Origin: a virus
Lineage: Duplodnaviria; Caudoviricetes
Strand: one strand, 5' to 3'
Virus record (IMG/VR): IMGVR_UViG_3300042539_001740
DNA length: 64,000 nucleotides
The notes below the pieces were generated by a model. That model made no database searches. It saw only the letters and a list, made by a program, of their open reading frames with translations, and was not told where the DNA came from. Positions 1 to 10,458 of this stretch are shown piece after piece (position 1 is the stretch's first letter; the number at the start of each line of letters is the position of its first letter). A program made the position numbers and the translations under genes.

Positions 1-120
1 ATGAGCGCATCTCAGAAACAAGCAGCTTGTGCTCAGAAACGTAGGGCTGAAAAGAAAGACCCAAAGTTAGGTACTGGTAACAAACCTACGATGACATCAT
101 ACAAACCAAAGAAAAAATAA
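1..120 (+). CDS. Probable 3' end of a basic phage protein (MSASQKQAACAQKRRAEKKDPKLGTGNKPTMTSYKPKKK*); may begin upstream of the window
   Basis: Open frame from base 1 to TAA at 118-120, followed by a terminator-like hairpin. Confidence 0.55.
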   Translation: MSASQKQAACAQKRRAEKKDPKLGTGNKPTMTSYKPKKK

Positions 121-555
121 TTATTTAGAAGGGGTTAAATCAGATAGTGATTTAACCTTTTTTATTATGTTTTCTAATGAGTGTTCTATTTGTGACATTA
201 TTTGGTCTTCGTACTCTTGTCTAATTGTTTCCACTTTTCCATCATACATTTTTGATAATCTTTCCCAATTTCTATCACCAACAACAACATCATAGTGGTA
301 CACGTGATTTGTGATACTGATTGTTCCGTGGTCTAAGATGCAAAACAAATCTAATTCTGCATTTTTGATATAACGTTTTCCACTTAAAGGTGCTAACAAG
401 AATTTTGATTCGGGATGTGTAATAAGTGAACGAGCAATTGACATACACATTTTTTGGGTTTCTGAGATTTTTTCTTTTTTGGCTACACTTTTACTATTCC
501 AAGTTAACCATTTGACATAGATTCTTTTTGTGATTCGTTTGATGAACTTTTCCAT
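121..555 (-). CDS. Hypothetical protein (144 aa), probably expressed early
   Basis: Clean ORF preceded by a Bacteroidota-type promoter. Confidence 0.75.
   Translation of the reverse strand: MEKFIKRITKRIYVKWLTWNSKSVAKKEKISETQKMCMSIARSLITHPESKFLLAPLSGKRYIKNAELDLFCILDHGTISITNHVYHYDVVVGDRNWERLSKMYDGKVETIRQEYEDQIMSQIEHSLENIIKKVKSLSDLTPSK
133..163 (+). terminator. Intrinsic terminator overlapping the 3' end of the convergent gene
   Basis: GGTTAAATC / GATTTAACC 9-bp stem, 7-nt loop, then T6. Confidence 0.55.
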
Positions 556-581
556 ATGATTGTTTATTTTTTGATTGAGTA

Positions 582-612
582 CAAATATATGGATAGGTTT
601 TGATAAAACAAA
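582..612 (-). promoter_or_regulatory. Bacteroidota primary-sigma promoter (-33 TTTG / -7 TAnnTTTG)
   Basis: Minus strand reads TTTG-N19-TATATTTG, ~27 nt upstream of the ATG at 555. Confidence 0.65.
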
Positions 613-642
613 AAAAAAGGTAGAAAATAATTCTACCTTTTT
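610..642 (-). terminator. Intrinsic terminator, possibly bidirectional
   Basis: AGGTAGAA / TTCTACCT stem flanked by A9 and T5, downstream of ORF 656-1120. Confidence 0.7.
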
Positions 643-655
643 AATAATTTATAAT

Positions 656-1120
656 TTAACAATAAGGTGGGGAACAACGTTTCTTTCCATCTAATCCTTT
701 CATTTTACCTTTACAAACTTGAACGGCAAAACCGTTCGCATAAGCGGAGGGGTACACTTTGAATTTGGATTTAGCTGCAGCTTTTCCTCGACTACATAGT
801 TTTGTACCAGTTTTCTTTTTCCCTTCCATCATAACCATTTCTTCGTCTTCTTCATAGTCATCATATTGAGTTTCATTCATCATAAAATCAAATACCTGAC
901 TTAGATTTTCTTTTGCTACTGTTATATGGTCATCAGCCCAATCGTGACCACCTTTTAGGATAGCTTCAACTTCCATAGGGTCTAACTCTAATAATAATTG
1001 AGCTTGTCTTATCATTTGTTCTAAGTTTGAAAAGAACATATAGTTTTGGATTTGTCCATAATCCTTTTCATTAACTATTTTTTTAACTAAGTTGTTAAGT
1101 TGTGATTCTGTAATTCTCAT
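656..1120 (-). CDS. Hypothetical protein with a 'RITESQL..LVKKIVNE' leader and a basic Cys-containing C-terminal domain (YPSAYANG motif)
   Basis: ORF translation. Confidence 0.75.
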   Translation of the reverse strand: MRITESQLNNLVKKIVNEKDYGQIQNYMFFSNLEQMIRQAQLLLELDPMEVEAILKGGHDWADDHITVAKENLSQVFDFMMNETQYDDYEEDEEMVMMEGKKKTGTKLCSRGKAAAKSKFKVYPSAYANGFAVQVCKGKMKGLDGKKRCSPPYC

Positions 1121-1126
1121 ATTTTT

Positions 1127-1312
1127 TTAATTATTTAATCCATTAGGTCCTCCCAAAACAACTGCGTTCATTTGGATGACAGGTTTATTTTGGGCATCAG
1201 ACCAAACTGGATGAGGTGTTTGGACTGTACGAGTAGTACCAGAACACTCAACACAAAGTAAATATTCTGTGTTTGCACTTGTGGCACTTAATGGGTAAGT
1301 ATATGTAGGCAT
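1127..1312 (-). CDS. Small hypothetical protein, paralogous to the C-terminus of 1338-1979
   Basis: Shared CxxC...PHPxW...VIQxNAVxLGGxNGLNN motif; TATTTAT motif upstream. Confidence 0.75.
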   Translation of the reverse strand: MPTYTYPLSATSANTEYLLCVECSGTTRTVQTPHPVWSDAQNKPVIQMNAVVLGGPNGLNN

Positions 1313-1337
1313 ATTTTTTATTTATAAATATCGTTGT

Positions 1338-1979
1338 TTAATTATTAAGACCATTATGTCCTCCTAATGTTACTGCATTTAGTTGTATTACTGCTTGTCC
1401 TTGACCATTTGTCCAAGTTGGGTGTGGTGCTGTAACGGTCGTAGTTGTATATCCACTTCCATCGTAACACACATTACAAATAGCCGATTCCGTACCTGCT
1501 GAAAAACCATATAAACAAGTGTCACAATCAGGAAAAGACGCTGTACTAAGAAACTCTAATGTATAGAAAGTAGTAAGAAGATAATCCTCAAGTGAAATTT
1601 GACCAAAGGTTCTGACTTTGAAACAACCAACAAAACTATCATATCTACCTGTTGCTCTAATAAAATAAGCACTCTCAATAGTTGGAATTTCCCCAAATTC
1701 TGATATGTCAACAGACAAAATGGTTGCACTATCACAAGATTCTAATTGAACAATCGTATAATTATTAACTAAACATTCATAACAAGAATTATATATTGTA
1801 TTTGCAGTAATTGATGCCATAGGGTCATCAACATCTGTTATTGTTAAACAAACCCTCGTTGCTAAATTTGGGTCTGGGTCATTCCACGCTGATACTATAT
1901 CACCATTTACCAATGCTAATCCATTGAAAAAAACTGAATCTGTACTTAATATATCCTGACACTGAATACTATTTGCCAT
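1338..1979 (-). CDS. Cys-containing putative virion protein
   Basis: ORF with several CxxC pairs, in a structural-gene context. Confidence 0.7.
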   Translation of the reverse strand: MANSIQCQDILSTDSVFFNGLALVNGDIVSAWNDPDPNLATRVCLTITDVDDPMASITANTIYNSCYECLVNNYTIVQLESCDSATILSVDISEFGEIPTIESAYFIRATGRYDSFVGCFKVRTFGQISLEDYLLTTFYTLEFLSTASFPDCDTCLYGFSAGTESAICNVCYDGSGYTTTTVTAPHPTWTNGQGQAVIQLNAVTLGGHNGLNN

Positions 1980-1997
1980 ATTTTTTAGTTATAATAA

Positions 1998-3464
1998 TTA
2001 TTTATAGTTCACAATTTGGAACTTGATTTGTCTTTTATAAGTATTAACCTCCCTACTACTTTCAACTTTAATATCAATAAAGTATTCATTTGGTATTTTA
2101 TCTCTGGTATCAAATATAAAGTAGTATTCATTTGGAGTTCTGTTAATTGCTGTCCAATCTTGAACTTGGACTTCTGTTTGTCCCTCTCTGACATATACAC
2201 GATAGTAAGCACTTACTTTTGGTAATAATCTGTTTGTGGTATATGCTTGTTTGATAATAACCCCAACCTTTCTAATGTCTGTATTAAATATTTTTTCATC
2301 TTGTTTGATACCATAATAATCAAAACCATATATTTTGGGGTCAACTGAGTTTGTTCCAATTGTAAATGTGTTTTTGAATGGTTGGAGTGTAAAGTCATTA
2401 AGTACGTTAGGTAGTGGGAATCCATTATAAAATAGATTTGTCCATCTATCAGAGAATGTACAAGGAGTTTTGTAACCAATAAGTGGCGGTATAACAACTT
2501 CGTAAACACCTTGTGTTCTTTGACAACCAGTGATAGCTGATAAACTTGGAATAACATTACCTGAATTGTCTAAGATTGAAACTATAGGATTTGAATCTAA
2601 ATTAATTGGATTACCATCTTCATATAGATACAAATATAACTTGTTAACTTTACCCAAAGTGAAACTATTTCTATCATCTTGAATAATATCATTGTAATTC
2701 GTTTCTAAAAATGGTTCGTAGAAAGTTTGAGTATGTCTTGTGAAAAATTGAACTTCATAAGTATCTGTTAATCCTGATAGTAATTCAACTTGAGGTAAAT
2801 AGGCAATCCCCCAACCTGTCACACCAGTAATTGCTCCATTAAGAATATTGTTGATTTCGTTTGTCATATCAAAAGATATGTTTTCATCTCCAAATTCAAA
2901 ATGTTGGGTTGCTACAATTGTGAGACCACTATAAGGTGTTGCTCCTGAATTTCTATTATTATATAAACCTGGTGTTTCCCAATCATTTATAGTGGTTCTT
3001 TGAATCCAATTTGATGGTCTTTCTGAAAAGTTTCTATCTAAATCACTGAATTCATATAACAAGTCAGCAAAATCATAACCAACACCCTCATCCCAATATT
3101 GTGGTTGAGCTGGGTCATTATCTATATAAGGTATTCTAAATAAGAACAAATCAAAAGATGTTGCTCTCATTCTAGTCTGTGACGTTGTGGTGTTGAGTAA
3201 TTCTTTATTGAAATTTGATGTATTGGTCATTCTAAGGGTATGTACCATACTATTAGTACATCCAGTAGTAATTGTACCATTCGATATTTTTTGTCTCAAT
3301 AAAGTCAAATCTAAATCAAAAATGAATCTACTATAACCACTTGGAAATTGTGATATAGCTGTAGCTCCGAAAAATAGTTCTGTAACAGGATTTCTTCCAG
3401 TGTTTGTGTAACTATTGGAAATTATTGTATTATTTCTACTGAAATAAGAATTATGAATTGACAT
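1998..3464 (-). CDS. Putative virion structural protein (488 aa)
   Basis: Long beta-rich ORF directly downstream of the spike gene; TATTTAT motif at 3478-3484. Confidence 0.65.
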   Translation of the reverse strand: MSIHNSYFSRNNTIISNSYTNTGRNPVTELFFGATAISQFPSGYSRFIFDLDLTLLRQKISNGTITTGCTNSMVHTLRMTNTSNFNKELLNTTTSQTRMRATSFDLFLFRIPYIDNDPAQPQYWDEGVGYDFADLLYEFSDLDRNFSERPSNWIQRTTINDWETPGLYNNRNSGATPYSGLTIVATQHFEFGDENISFDMTNEINNILNGAITGVTGWGIAYLPQVELLSGLTDTYEVQFFTRHTQTFYEPFLETNYNDIIQDDRNSFTLGKVNKLYLYLYEDGNPINLDSNPIVSILDNSGNVIPSLSAITGCQRTQGVYEVVIPPLIGYKTPCTFSDRWTNLFYNGFPLPNVLNDFTLQPFKNTFTIGTNSVDPKIYGFDYYGIKQDEKIFNTDIRKVGVIIKQAYTTNRLLPKVSAYYRVYVREGQTEVQVQDWTAINRTPNEYYFIFDTRDKIPNEYFIDIKVESSREVNTYKRQIKFQIVNYK

Positions 3465-3484
3465 TTATCTTTTATTAATAAATA

Positions 3485-5059
3485 TCAATTAATTCGGATA
3501 TTTCCATTTAGAATTGTATTTGATGCGTCAGCTAATAATTGACCTATTTCTGTAATTGATTGCCCACTTCTTGTTGAGATTGGTACAGGTTTCATACCAG
3601 GGAATGGGTGAACATGACCTTCAAGAAATGCGTATATTTTGGTTAATAATTTTATTAATTCTTCACCTCTCACAACAGAGAAGGTTAAATTCTCAATTGA
3701 GTTTTCATTACTTCCAATAAATCTATCCTGAGGAATACCATAGATTGTATCTTTTAGTGATAATTTTCTACTTTTTGGACTTGGTGAATCTTGTGATAAT
3801 AAATAAATCCTTTGAGCTCCCATAACGCCATAACTTATTGGTCTATCTGTATAGATTGATGGTTGTGTTGTTTCTTGAACTGGTGTTGCTTGAGGACCTA
3901 TCACAGGACTACCTGCTTTATTACCTGAAACCAAAAAGAATCCACTCTTTAAATTACCTTGAACAAGTTTTATTCCTTGTTTGAATCTCAAATAATTAAT
4001 TCCTTCTTTGAAGTCACTAGCTAAAGTATCAGGTGATATTTTAATACCTGTTTCATATGTAATTTTTGATGGAGTAACTATAAAAGGAAATTGGTCTTTA
4101 AAGTTTTGTTGATTAAAACTATATCCTGTTATAACAATATCACTTTTGAATGTACCCTCAATAAATTTATTAATTAAATATACAGCATCATCATAACTCT
4201 TGTTTGAAAATGTTAATGTATCTAAAGCGGCACCATAGTCAGTACCCATACTCAAAGTTTTAATTGAATCTATTTTAAAGTTTCTTGTATTTGTTTTGAT
4301 AGATGGAATCACATTATGAATTGAAACTGACCCATTGAATGTATCAAATAGGTTTTCAAGATTTTCAATATCCCAAATAATTATTTTTTTGACAAGTTGT
4401 ACATCCTCTTTAAGTGTTGTTGATGTATCAGGTTCACCTAAAACCTTTTCTTGTGTAAAGTTTGTTAATTGAATGAATGCTCTATTTTGATTTTCTTGAG
4501 GTAAGGACTGAGCTGTAATGTTTAATGATTTTCCAGCTCTAATCAAAACTTCATTTTCCTTAAGAATTAAATCAGCTGAACCCCTACCTAAAAATCCGTT
4601 ATCACCAGGTTCAGGAAATATACCTTTAACATTTTCTTTATAACTTCCATCTTGTGGATTTCTTAATGGAAAACTTTCCTTGTTTTGAACACCTGCAGCC
4701 AAATAAGTTTTCGCCCCTTGGAAATATTCGTACTTAGTTGTAAGTGGGGTTGAGAATGGCCCTTGTATATAAAATCTATTTTCTTTATCAAATTTTTTGT
4801 TTTGATAAAAAATATGAACATACTCTTGTATTTTGGGAGTTTGACTTACAAAGAAGGGTAATAATGGTAAAAAAACTAAAGGGTCTTTTCTTGTCCATTT
4901 GTCTTTTTCCTCATTCCAATCGGGAACTGAATTGATTAATGATTGATAATTTTCAGTTTCGGGGATAACCCTTAACCTACCCAACATCATTGGGTCTTTA
5001 TTGTCCAAAACAATACCAGGAAAAATTATCTGGTGAATATTTTCATTACTTATGTTCAT
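3485..5059 (-). CDS. Baseplate hub/spike protein (T4 gp5 / VgrG-like OB-fold N-terminus)
   Basis: N-terminal GIVLDNKDPMMLGRLRV resembles the gp5 OB motif; C-terminal GHVHP is the HxH metal-binding tip motif of spikes. Confidence 0.7.
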   Translation of the reverse strand: MNISNENIHQIIFPGIVLDNKDPMMLGRLRVIPETENYQSLINSVPDWNEEKDKWTRKDPLVFLPLLPFFVSQTPKIQEYVHIFYQNKKFDKENRFYIQGPFSTPLTTKYEYFQGAKTYLAAGVQNKESFPLRNPQDGSYKENVKGIFPEPGDNGFLGRGSADLILKENEVLIRAGKSLNITAQSLPQENQNRAFIQLTNFTQEKVLGEPDTSTTLKEDVQLVKKIIIWDIENLENLFDTFNGSVSIHNVIPSIKTNTRNFKIDSIKTLSMGTDYGAALDTLTFSNKSYDDAVYLINKFIEGTFKSDIVITGYSFNQQNFKDQFPFIVTPSKITYETGIKISPDTLASDFKEGINYLRFKQGIKLVQGNLKSGFFLVSGNKAGSPVIGPQATPVQETTQPSIYTDRPISYGVMGAQRIYLLSQDSPSPKSRKLSLKDTIYGIPQDRFIGSNENSIENLTFSVVRGEELIKLLTKIYAFLEGHVHPFPGMKPVPISTRSGQSITEIGQLLADASNTILNGNIRIN

Positions 5060-5286
5060 TTTTTGACTCTACTTTCGTACTCTTTCAAAATTGTGTTATA
5101 GGTTAGTTCAACCTTATCTAAATGATGAGTTAATTTTATTAAAGTTTCTTTCGTTTGTTCAAAATCTTCTTTCATAAAATCCATAGCAAAAACCAAATCT
5201 TTGTTTGATTGTGATTTGTAATCTTTAACTATATTTAAAACTTTTTCAGCATCTTGTTTTTTTCCCATATTAATATGATTTTCCAA
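5056..5286 (-). CDS. Hypothetical coiled-coil protein
   Basis: ORF overlapping both neighbours in an operon-like arrangement. Confidence 0.7.
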   Translation of the reverse strand: MENHINMGKKQDAEKVLNIVKDYKSQSNKDLVFAMDFMKEDFEQTKETLIKLTHHLDKVELTYNTILKEYESRVKK

Positions 5287-7186
5287 ATCCTGTTGCTGGT
5301 GTTGTAACTCCAGCTGGTGTAATTGCTAATGGTGGAATAAATATTTGTGTTTTTCCATTTTCTGAATTTTCATTAGCCATAGCTTTCATTTGAGCTAATA
5401 TACTCAATATACCCAAATTTGGACTCCCATCTGGTAAATCACCTGTTGGAATTCCTAATCTTTGTAATTCTTCAATTGCACCAATGAATGCTCTTGTTTC
5501 AGAGTACCCATCCAACAATTGAGAAACCGCTAATAAAGGTAATGGAATTTCACCACCCCATCCTGATAACGCTATTTTCAATAGCCAAAGAATTTCATCA
5601 ATAACACTTTTACACTTCCTGAAATCCCTTATAAATTGTGCTATTACTAAAAGTAATTGTACAAGTTTAATAATCATTATTAATCTTTTATCTACTTTTT
5701 CTTTAGCTAAATCTTTTATAACAGTTTGTAATAAATTGAGAATATCTTTTTTGATTAAATTGAAAAGTTCCTCAACAAATATAGCCCCAACTTTGGATAT
5801 GAAATTTATTATAAATTTTCTGAATTGAGTTATAAAATCCCTCCAACTATTAATTTGGTCAATGATAGTTCTTCCTAAAGCTTTTAAGATAATGAATATT
5901 GGTAATAATACTTTCGGAGTTAATATTGAAAATATTAAACCTTGAACAATAAGTTTTACAAAGTTGAAGTCCACTGTAGCTTTGATATCACCTGTTAATA
6001 CTAAACCTTGCCATTGGGGATTGTCAGTTAAGGTTTGTGTTATTTTATCTGCGGCATCGACCAAATCACTATCAGGTATAAATCTTAAATTTTCTAAAGC
6101 ATTTAATATAGAATCAGCATCTACTGGTAAATCAACATTATTACACTCAACAAATGTAACAACACCTTTTTGTATGTTTGCTATTTTTTGCTCTATTTTC
6201 CTTAAATCCAATTCTGTAAGTTCAAAAAATGAATCATCTATACCATCTAGTTCTGCTAATTTTGCAGTACCTTGTACATCAATTTCTGAAACATTATCAA
6301 AACAAAGACCTAAAATTCTTTGTATGAATAATTCAAATCTTGATGCGTTTTCTGCTTGAGCGAAACCAATGTTTGCTGAAATTGATATAGCCCCACACAA
6401 TGATTCTAATATTGCGGGTAAAACTGTTTCAAAATCAAACATTTTTATAGTACCAAAATAATCTAATAAAAAGTCCCCAACTTTATTAACACCATTAACT
6501 CGATTGGCTAACGTGATAGCATAAAAACCACCAGTTTGTCCATAAATTGTTTGGTCAACAAATTGGATATCAAAAAGGGGTTGTCCTGATTTACCTAAAT
6601 AATATGAACCATTGTCTGAATTATATGGTGAACCACTTTGAATCCTTTGATATAGTTCTCTATTCATAGAGAATGGTGCCTTTTGAATGTCTATTTGTAA
6701 TTTTTCATATAGTACTTTACCAGCACCTTCAGTAGGATTCTTTTTTAATAATCCACCTAAGTCAATTGAACTTACTTTAATATAAAGTGGTGCACCACCT
6801 TGGTTTGATGAAAAAGTTTGTTGTTGGTCACAACCTATTGCCGTAATCGCTTCTTCATTTATTATTTCAGCAATTCTTGGTTCAATATTTTTAAGCGTTT
6901 GGATTAAGAGACGTTTGATATAAGAAATTGTATTAGAACCTTTACCACCAGTCACGTTATTCAAATCTAAAAGTTGCTCAAATTGATTTTTTATATCTTT
7001 TTGATATCTTTTAGTTTGTTCTTTTACTTGGTCTAATTTACTTTGGATTGCGTCCAAAGCTTTCTCTTGTGAATCACCAGATTTTTCTTGTGCTTTATCA
7101 AATTTTTCTTTTAAATCTTTATAAGCACTCGTAGCCGCAATTTTTTTCTTGGCTGATTCATAATCAAAACTGAGGTCTAATGACAT
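5270..7186 (-). CDS. Hypothetical protein (638 aa), probably virion-associated
   Basis: Long ORF next to the spike gene; helical, hydrophobic C-terminal half. Confidence 0.7.
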   Translation of the reverse strand: MSLDLSFDYESAKKKIAATSAYKDLKEKFDKAQEKSGDSQEKALDAIQSKLDQVKEQTKRYQKDIKNQFEQLLDLNNVTGGKGSNTISYIKRLLIQTLKNIEPRIAEIINEEAITAIGCDQQQTFSSNQGGAPLYIKVSSIDLGGLLKKNPTEGAGKVLYEKLQIDIQKAPFSMNRELYQRIQSGSPYNSDNGSYYLGKSGQPLFDIQFVDQTIYGQTGGFYAITLANRVNGVNKVGDFLLDYFGTIKMFDFETVLPAILESLCGAISISANIGFAQAENASRFELFIQRILGLCFDNVSEIDVQGTAKLAELDGIDDSFFELTELDLRKIEQKIANIQKGVVTFVECNNVDLPVDADSILNALENLRFIPDSDLVDAADKITQTLTDNPQWQGLVLTGDIKATVDFNFVKLIVQGLIFSILTPKVLLPIFIILKALGRTIIDQINSWRDFITQFRKFIINFISKVGAIFVEELFNLIKKDILNLLQTVIKDLAKEKVDKRLIMIIKLVQLLLVIAQFIRDFRKCKSVIDEILWLLKIALSGWGGEIPLPLLAVSQLLDGYSETRAFIGAIEELQRLGIPTGDLPDGSPNLGILSILAQMKAMANENSENGKTQIFIPPLAITPAGVTTPATGFGKSY

Positions 7187-7560
7187 TATTTTTTCATTTT
7201 GTAAACATTATCAGTTTTTGAAACATCTCTTTCTAATAAATCTTTTATAATATCATCATCAACATCTATATCAGAAATTGAGAATGATTCTTTTGTGTTG
7301 TTACTTTTTTCCCACATTGAGGATTGTAACTTTGAAAGTGTCAACTTTTTCTCAACACAATCATTTATTATCTTTTGTTGTTTTTCTATAACAGGACCTA
7401 TGAGAGTCATATCTTCAGGTTCTTTCATCATAGTCAACATTTTATTTTGTATACGAATAGCTGTGTTTCTCTGTTCTACAAGTTCGTTATATATCTCTTG
7501 CATCAAAGAAAGCATTGATTCTTTCGTTAAATTAATTTCTTTTTTGTGAGGTCTGGCCAT
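7186..7560 (-). CDS. Hypothetical protein
   Basis: ORF translationally coupled to the next gene. Confidence 0.75.
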   Translation of the reverse strand: MARPHKKEINLTKESMLSLMQEIYNELVEQRNTAIRIQNKMLTMMKEPEDMTLIGPVIEKQQKIINDCVEKKLTLSKLQSSMWEKSNNTKESFSISDIDVDDDIIKDLLERDVSKTDNVYKMKK

Positions 7561-7571
7561 AGGTTTTTGTT

Positions 7572-8324
7572 TTATTCTTGCATCATTTTGTCAAGCATAC
7601 TAATATAAATATTTTTATATCGTTTTATACAAACCCTAATTTCTTTAGTTGATAAATTAGTCATTTCTCGAAGGGAAAGAAGAATCACATTTTTATTAAA
7701 TTTATTGTTTGAGTTACCAATAAAAATTGAGTCATAGTTTTCAAACAATTCCATAAGTGCTTGACCTAACTTAAATTCATTTTCTGATAAGTTTTTTTCT
7801 TTCAAAACTTTTTCTAGTTCAATTAAAAAACTCTGAATAATATTTTGAGAATCTAATGTGTCATTATCAATTGAGTATGATAAATTTTCATCATTTTCTA
7901 AATCTGAGGAGATATCCTCGTATGATATTTTTCTATTGGTTTCCTTAGCATCTTTAATTATTTGACCCATCAAATAATTTTTACAGATTGTACCAAAATA
8001 AGAATAAGCCTTCTTTTCCTTCGAGGGCTTAAACTTGTCTATTTTAGTCATTAGAAATGAATGTGTATCTATATGTAGTTCTTCGAAATCCATATCCTTT
8101 CGATATAATTTGTACCTACGAATAATTGATGAAATCATTTTATCAAGTGGAATTCGGAGGAATTCATTATAAATCTTGTTTTTTTCCTCCGATGTCTCCG
8201 CATTAAGATAATCGACTACAGCAACTTCTTCTTGTATATCGAAATAGTTTTTTTGTTTTGGTTTTCTTCCCTTTTTTTTAGAATCTAAAATAGTATCACC
8301 TGAAATGATATTTGTTTCGGTCAT
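7572..8324 (-). CDS. Phage RNA polymerase sigma-like factor (gp55-like)
   Basis: Region-2-like segment FLMTKIDKFKPSKEKKAYSYFGTICKNYL resembles sigma/gp55 'KF.P....AFxYF..I..N'. Confidence 0.6.
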   Translation of the reverse strand: MTETNIISGDTILDSKKKGRKPKQKNYFDIQEEVAVVDYLNAETSEEKNKIYNEFLRIPLDKMISSIIRRYKLYRKDMDFEELHIDTHSFLMTKIDKFKPSKEKKAYSYFGTICKNYLMGQIIKDAKETNRKISYEDISSDLENDENLSYSIDNDTLDSQNIIQSFLIELEKVLKEKNLSENEFKLGQALMELFENYDSIFIGNSNNKFNKNVILLSLREMTNLSTKEIRVCIKRYKNIYISMLDKMMQE

Positions 8325-9127
8325 TAAATTGTTTGTCCTTCATACTTTATTTTTCTATCACTAGTGAAGAAATATTCTTTTTTTGCACTCTCAATCCAAA
8401 ATTTAACTTCATCAGGTTGAAGTTGACTATCTCCATTTTTGTAGTTCCAAAATATAGAACCTGGTCTGAAATTAGTATGTTTGTAACCAATTTTGGGTAG
8501 TGACATAATTTTTAAACCATAATGTGAAGCCCTTAGTAAAAATTCATAACCAAATGTAAGTTTGATAGTTCCTTTGAATAAACCAGTACTTTCTAAAGCT
8601 GATTTTTTAATAACCATACCCGAAATTTGAAAGTTCTGATATTGTTGTAGAACTTCATTTGTCAATAAACCAATTTCACTTGAAATATTCAAAGCAAAGG
8701 TTGCCTCATTAGTAAATCCAACAAATTTTCCTTTTTCATCAGTATCAACAACGATTGGTAGGAATACGTCAACATCATTATAAACTGATGAATATTTTTC
8801 TACGTTGTCAAACCAAATTTTAGAATATTCATCATCAAATTCAAAAATAGAAATCCATTCAGAACTTGATTCTTGGATACCAAGGTTAACTTGTTCACAA
8901 AAGTTAGGTTCATAGTCCCACTTTACTTTTTTAATATTTAAATCACCAAAATCATAAGTATCAAGTACTTCTAATAATTTTGTTTCATCAGTGTGAACAA
9001 TAACTAATTCATTGATTTGAGTTTTTTGTTCTTTAAGTGATGTGATTGCTTTTACAAAGTATTCGTCAAAGTCAAAAGCCGAACCCGATTTTATTGGTAA
9101 TATTACTGATACATTAAATTTTTCCAT
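8324..9127 (-). CDS. Glycosyltransferase, GT-A fold (GT2-like)
   Basis: VSVILP N-terminus, NLGIQ, IFEFDD DxD-like motif. Confidence 0.7.
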   Translation of the reverse strand: MEKFNVSVILPIKSGSAFDFDEYFVKAITSLKEQKTQINELVIVHTDETKLLEVLDTYDFGDLNIKKVKWDYEPNFCEQVNLGIQESSSEWISIFEFDDEYSKIWFDNVEKYSSVYNDVDVFLPIVVDTDEKGKFVGFTNEATFALNISSEIGLLTNEVLQQYQNFQISGMVIKKSALESTGLFKGTIKLTFGYEFLLRASHYGLKIMSLPKIGYKHTNFRPGSIFWNYKNGDSQLQPDEVKFWIESAKKEYFFTSDRKIKYEGQTI

Positions 9128-9128
9128 A

Positions 9129-10187
9129 TTATTCTACTTCTTGTAATTTGTTTAGTTGTTCTTCAAAGGTTATGGCTCTTTTTTCCACGTATTCGTTAAA
9201 TAATTCTTTAACTTTTTTAGTAAAGTTTTCTTTGGTTGGTAAACTTTCAACTGTTTTTTCCATTTCAGAAATAATTTTTGGGTTGGTATTGTCTTCCAAC
9301 CAATTTTGGATGTAATCAGCCAAGAAATCAACAACTTGGGTTTTGTTATTTATCCACAAACCGTTGTCTTCACTCATCCATTCAGGTACTATATTAGGTA
9401 CTAAACCAATGACAGGAATATTAGTTTTCATACTTTCCAAAGGAAAAGTTCCATAAGAACTGGTTTCATCAACCCACACAGAAATGAAACAATTTTTTAG
9501 TTCTTCGGCAAATTGTTCAGTAGTCAAACCTCTCATGTCTTTGAAGGTCACCCATCTATATTGAGGGAATTTTAGATAAAAACTTTTGATTAGGTTTAAA
9601 GTGTCTCTTTGGTCTCTAGTGTGTACTGCAACAATCGGTTTGTTTGGTAATTTTTGTTTTGTAAAACTTTCTGAGATAAATGGTTCTAACACATCAAAAG
9701 AAACCCCTCTCATTGTGTTTTCCAAATATTCCTTAATCATATTTGATGTTGTAATACATTTGTAAAATCCTAATTGAGTCCAAGATTGACCTGGTTGTAA
9801 GGTTTCTAAAATGTGGTCATAAGCTTGGGTTAAAACAATTTTTCCACAAGGTAACTTAGTTATCTGTTCCATAACAAAACCATAAATTTCAGGTACAACT
9901 ATGAAGTCCTCAGGAGCTACAGATAGGTTTTGTCCTTCAATGAATGTGTGTGGAATTTTCATATATTCCTCACCTAACCAAGAACCAACACCATAGTAAT
10001 CATTTTTTTCATGTAACATAATAACATTAAATCCATCTTCCATCAATGTTAACCCCATATTATAAATGTAAGCTACTGATGCTTTTGCATTACCTTTAGT
10101 ATCTTGTACTAAAAGATAAATTTTCGACTTCTTGTCTTTTAAATTTTTAATTGATTGTTCTACTTTTTGTATTTGTTCAGAATTCAT
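9129..10187 (-). CDS. Putative glycosyltransferase, GT-B fold
   Basis: C-terminal 'SSYGTFPLESMKTNIPVIG' resembles the GT4 E-x7-E region. Confidence 0.55.
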   Translation of the reverse strand: MNSEQIQKVEQSIKNLKDKKSKIYLLVQDTKGNAKASVAYIYNMGLTLMEDGFNVIMLHEKNDYYGVGSWLGEEYMKIPHTFIEGQNLSVAPEDFIVVPEIYGFVMEQITKLPCGKIVLTQAYDHILETLQPGQSWTQLGFYKCITTSNMIKEYLENTMRGVSFDVLEPFISESFTKQKLPNKPIVAVHTRDQRDTLNLIKSFYLKFPQYRWVTFKDMRGLTTEQFAEELKNCFISVWVDETSSYGTFPLESMKTNIPVIGLVPNIVPEWMSEDNGLWINNKTQVVDFLADYIQNWLEDNTNPKIISEMEKTVESLPTKENFTKKVKELFNEYVEKRAITFEEQLNKLQEVE

Positions 10188-10188
10188 A

Positions 10189-10458
10189 TTAAATTTTATT
10201 TATTAATTTTTTATATAGTAATGAATTAAATGCTAATCTAAAAGGAATTGAAAGTTCTGTACTTTTCATTCCTAATGTTTCATCTGCTTCTTCGTTTTCT
10301 ACAATAAGTGTTTCAGTCATCATTTTGACCATTTCGTATTTTACTACACTTATATGATTTTGTGGTACACCACTATAATCTTTAGGGGGGTCAACGTTTA
10401 TGTAATTTTCTATCGCATCTATATCGAAATAATAATTTTCGCCTAATATTTTTAACAT
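10189..10458 (-). CDS. Hypothetical protein
   Basis: ORF in the operon. Confidence 0.7.
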   Translation of the reverse strand: MLKILGENYYFDIDAIENYINVDPPKDYSGVPQNHISVVKYEMVKMMTETLIVENEEADETLGMKSTELSIPFRLAFNSLLYKKLINKI

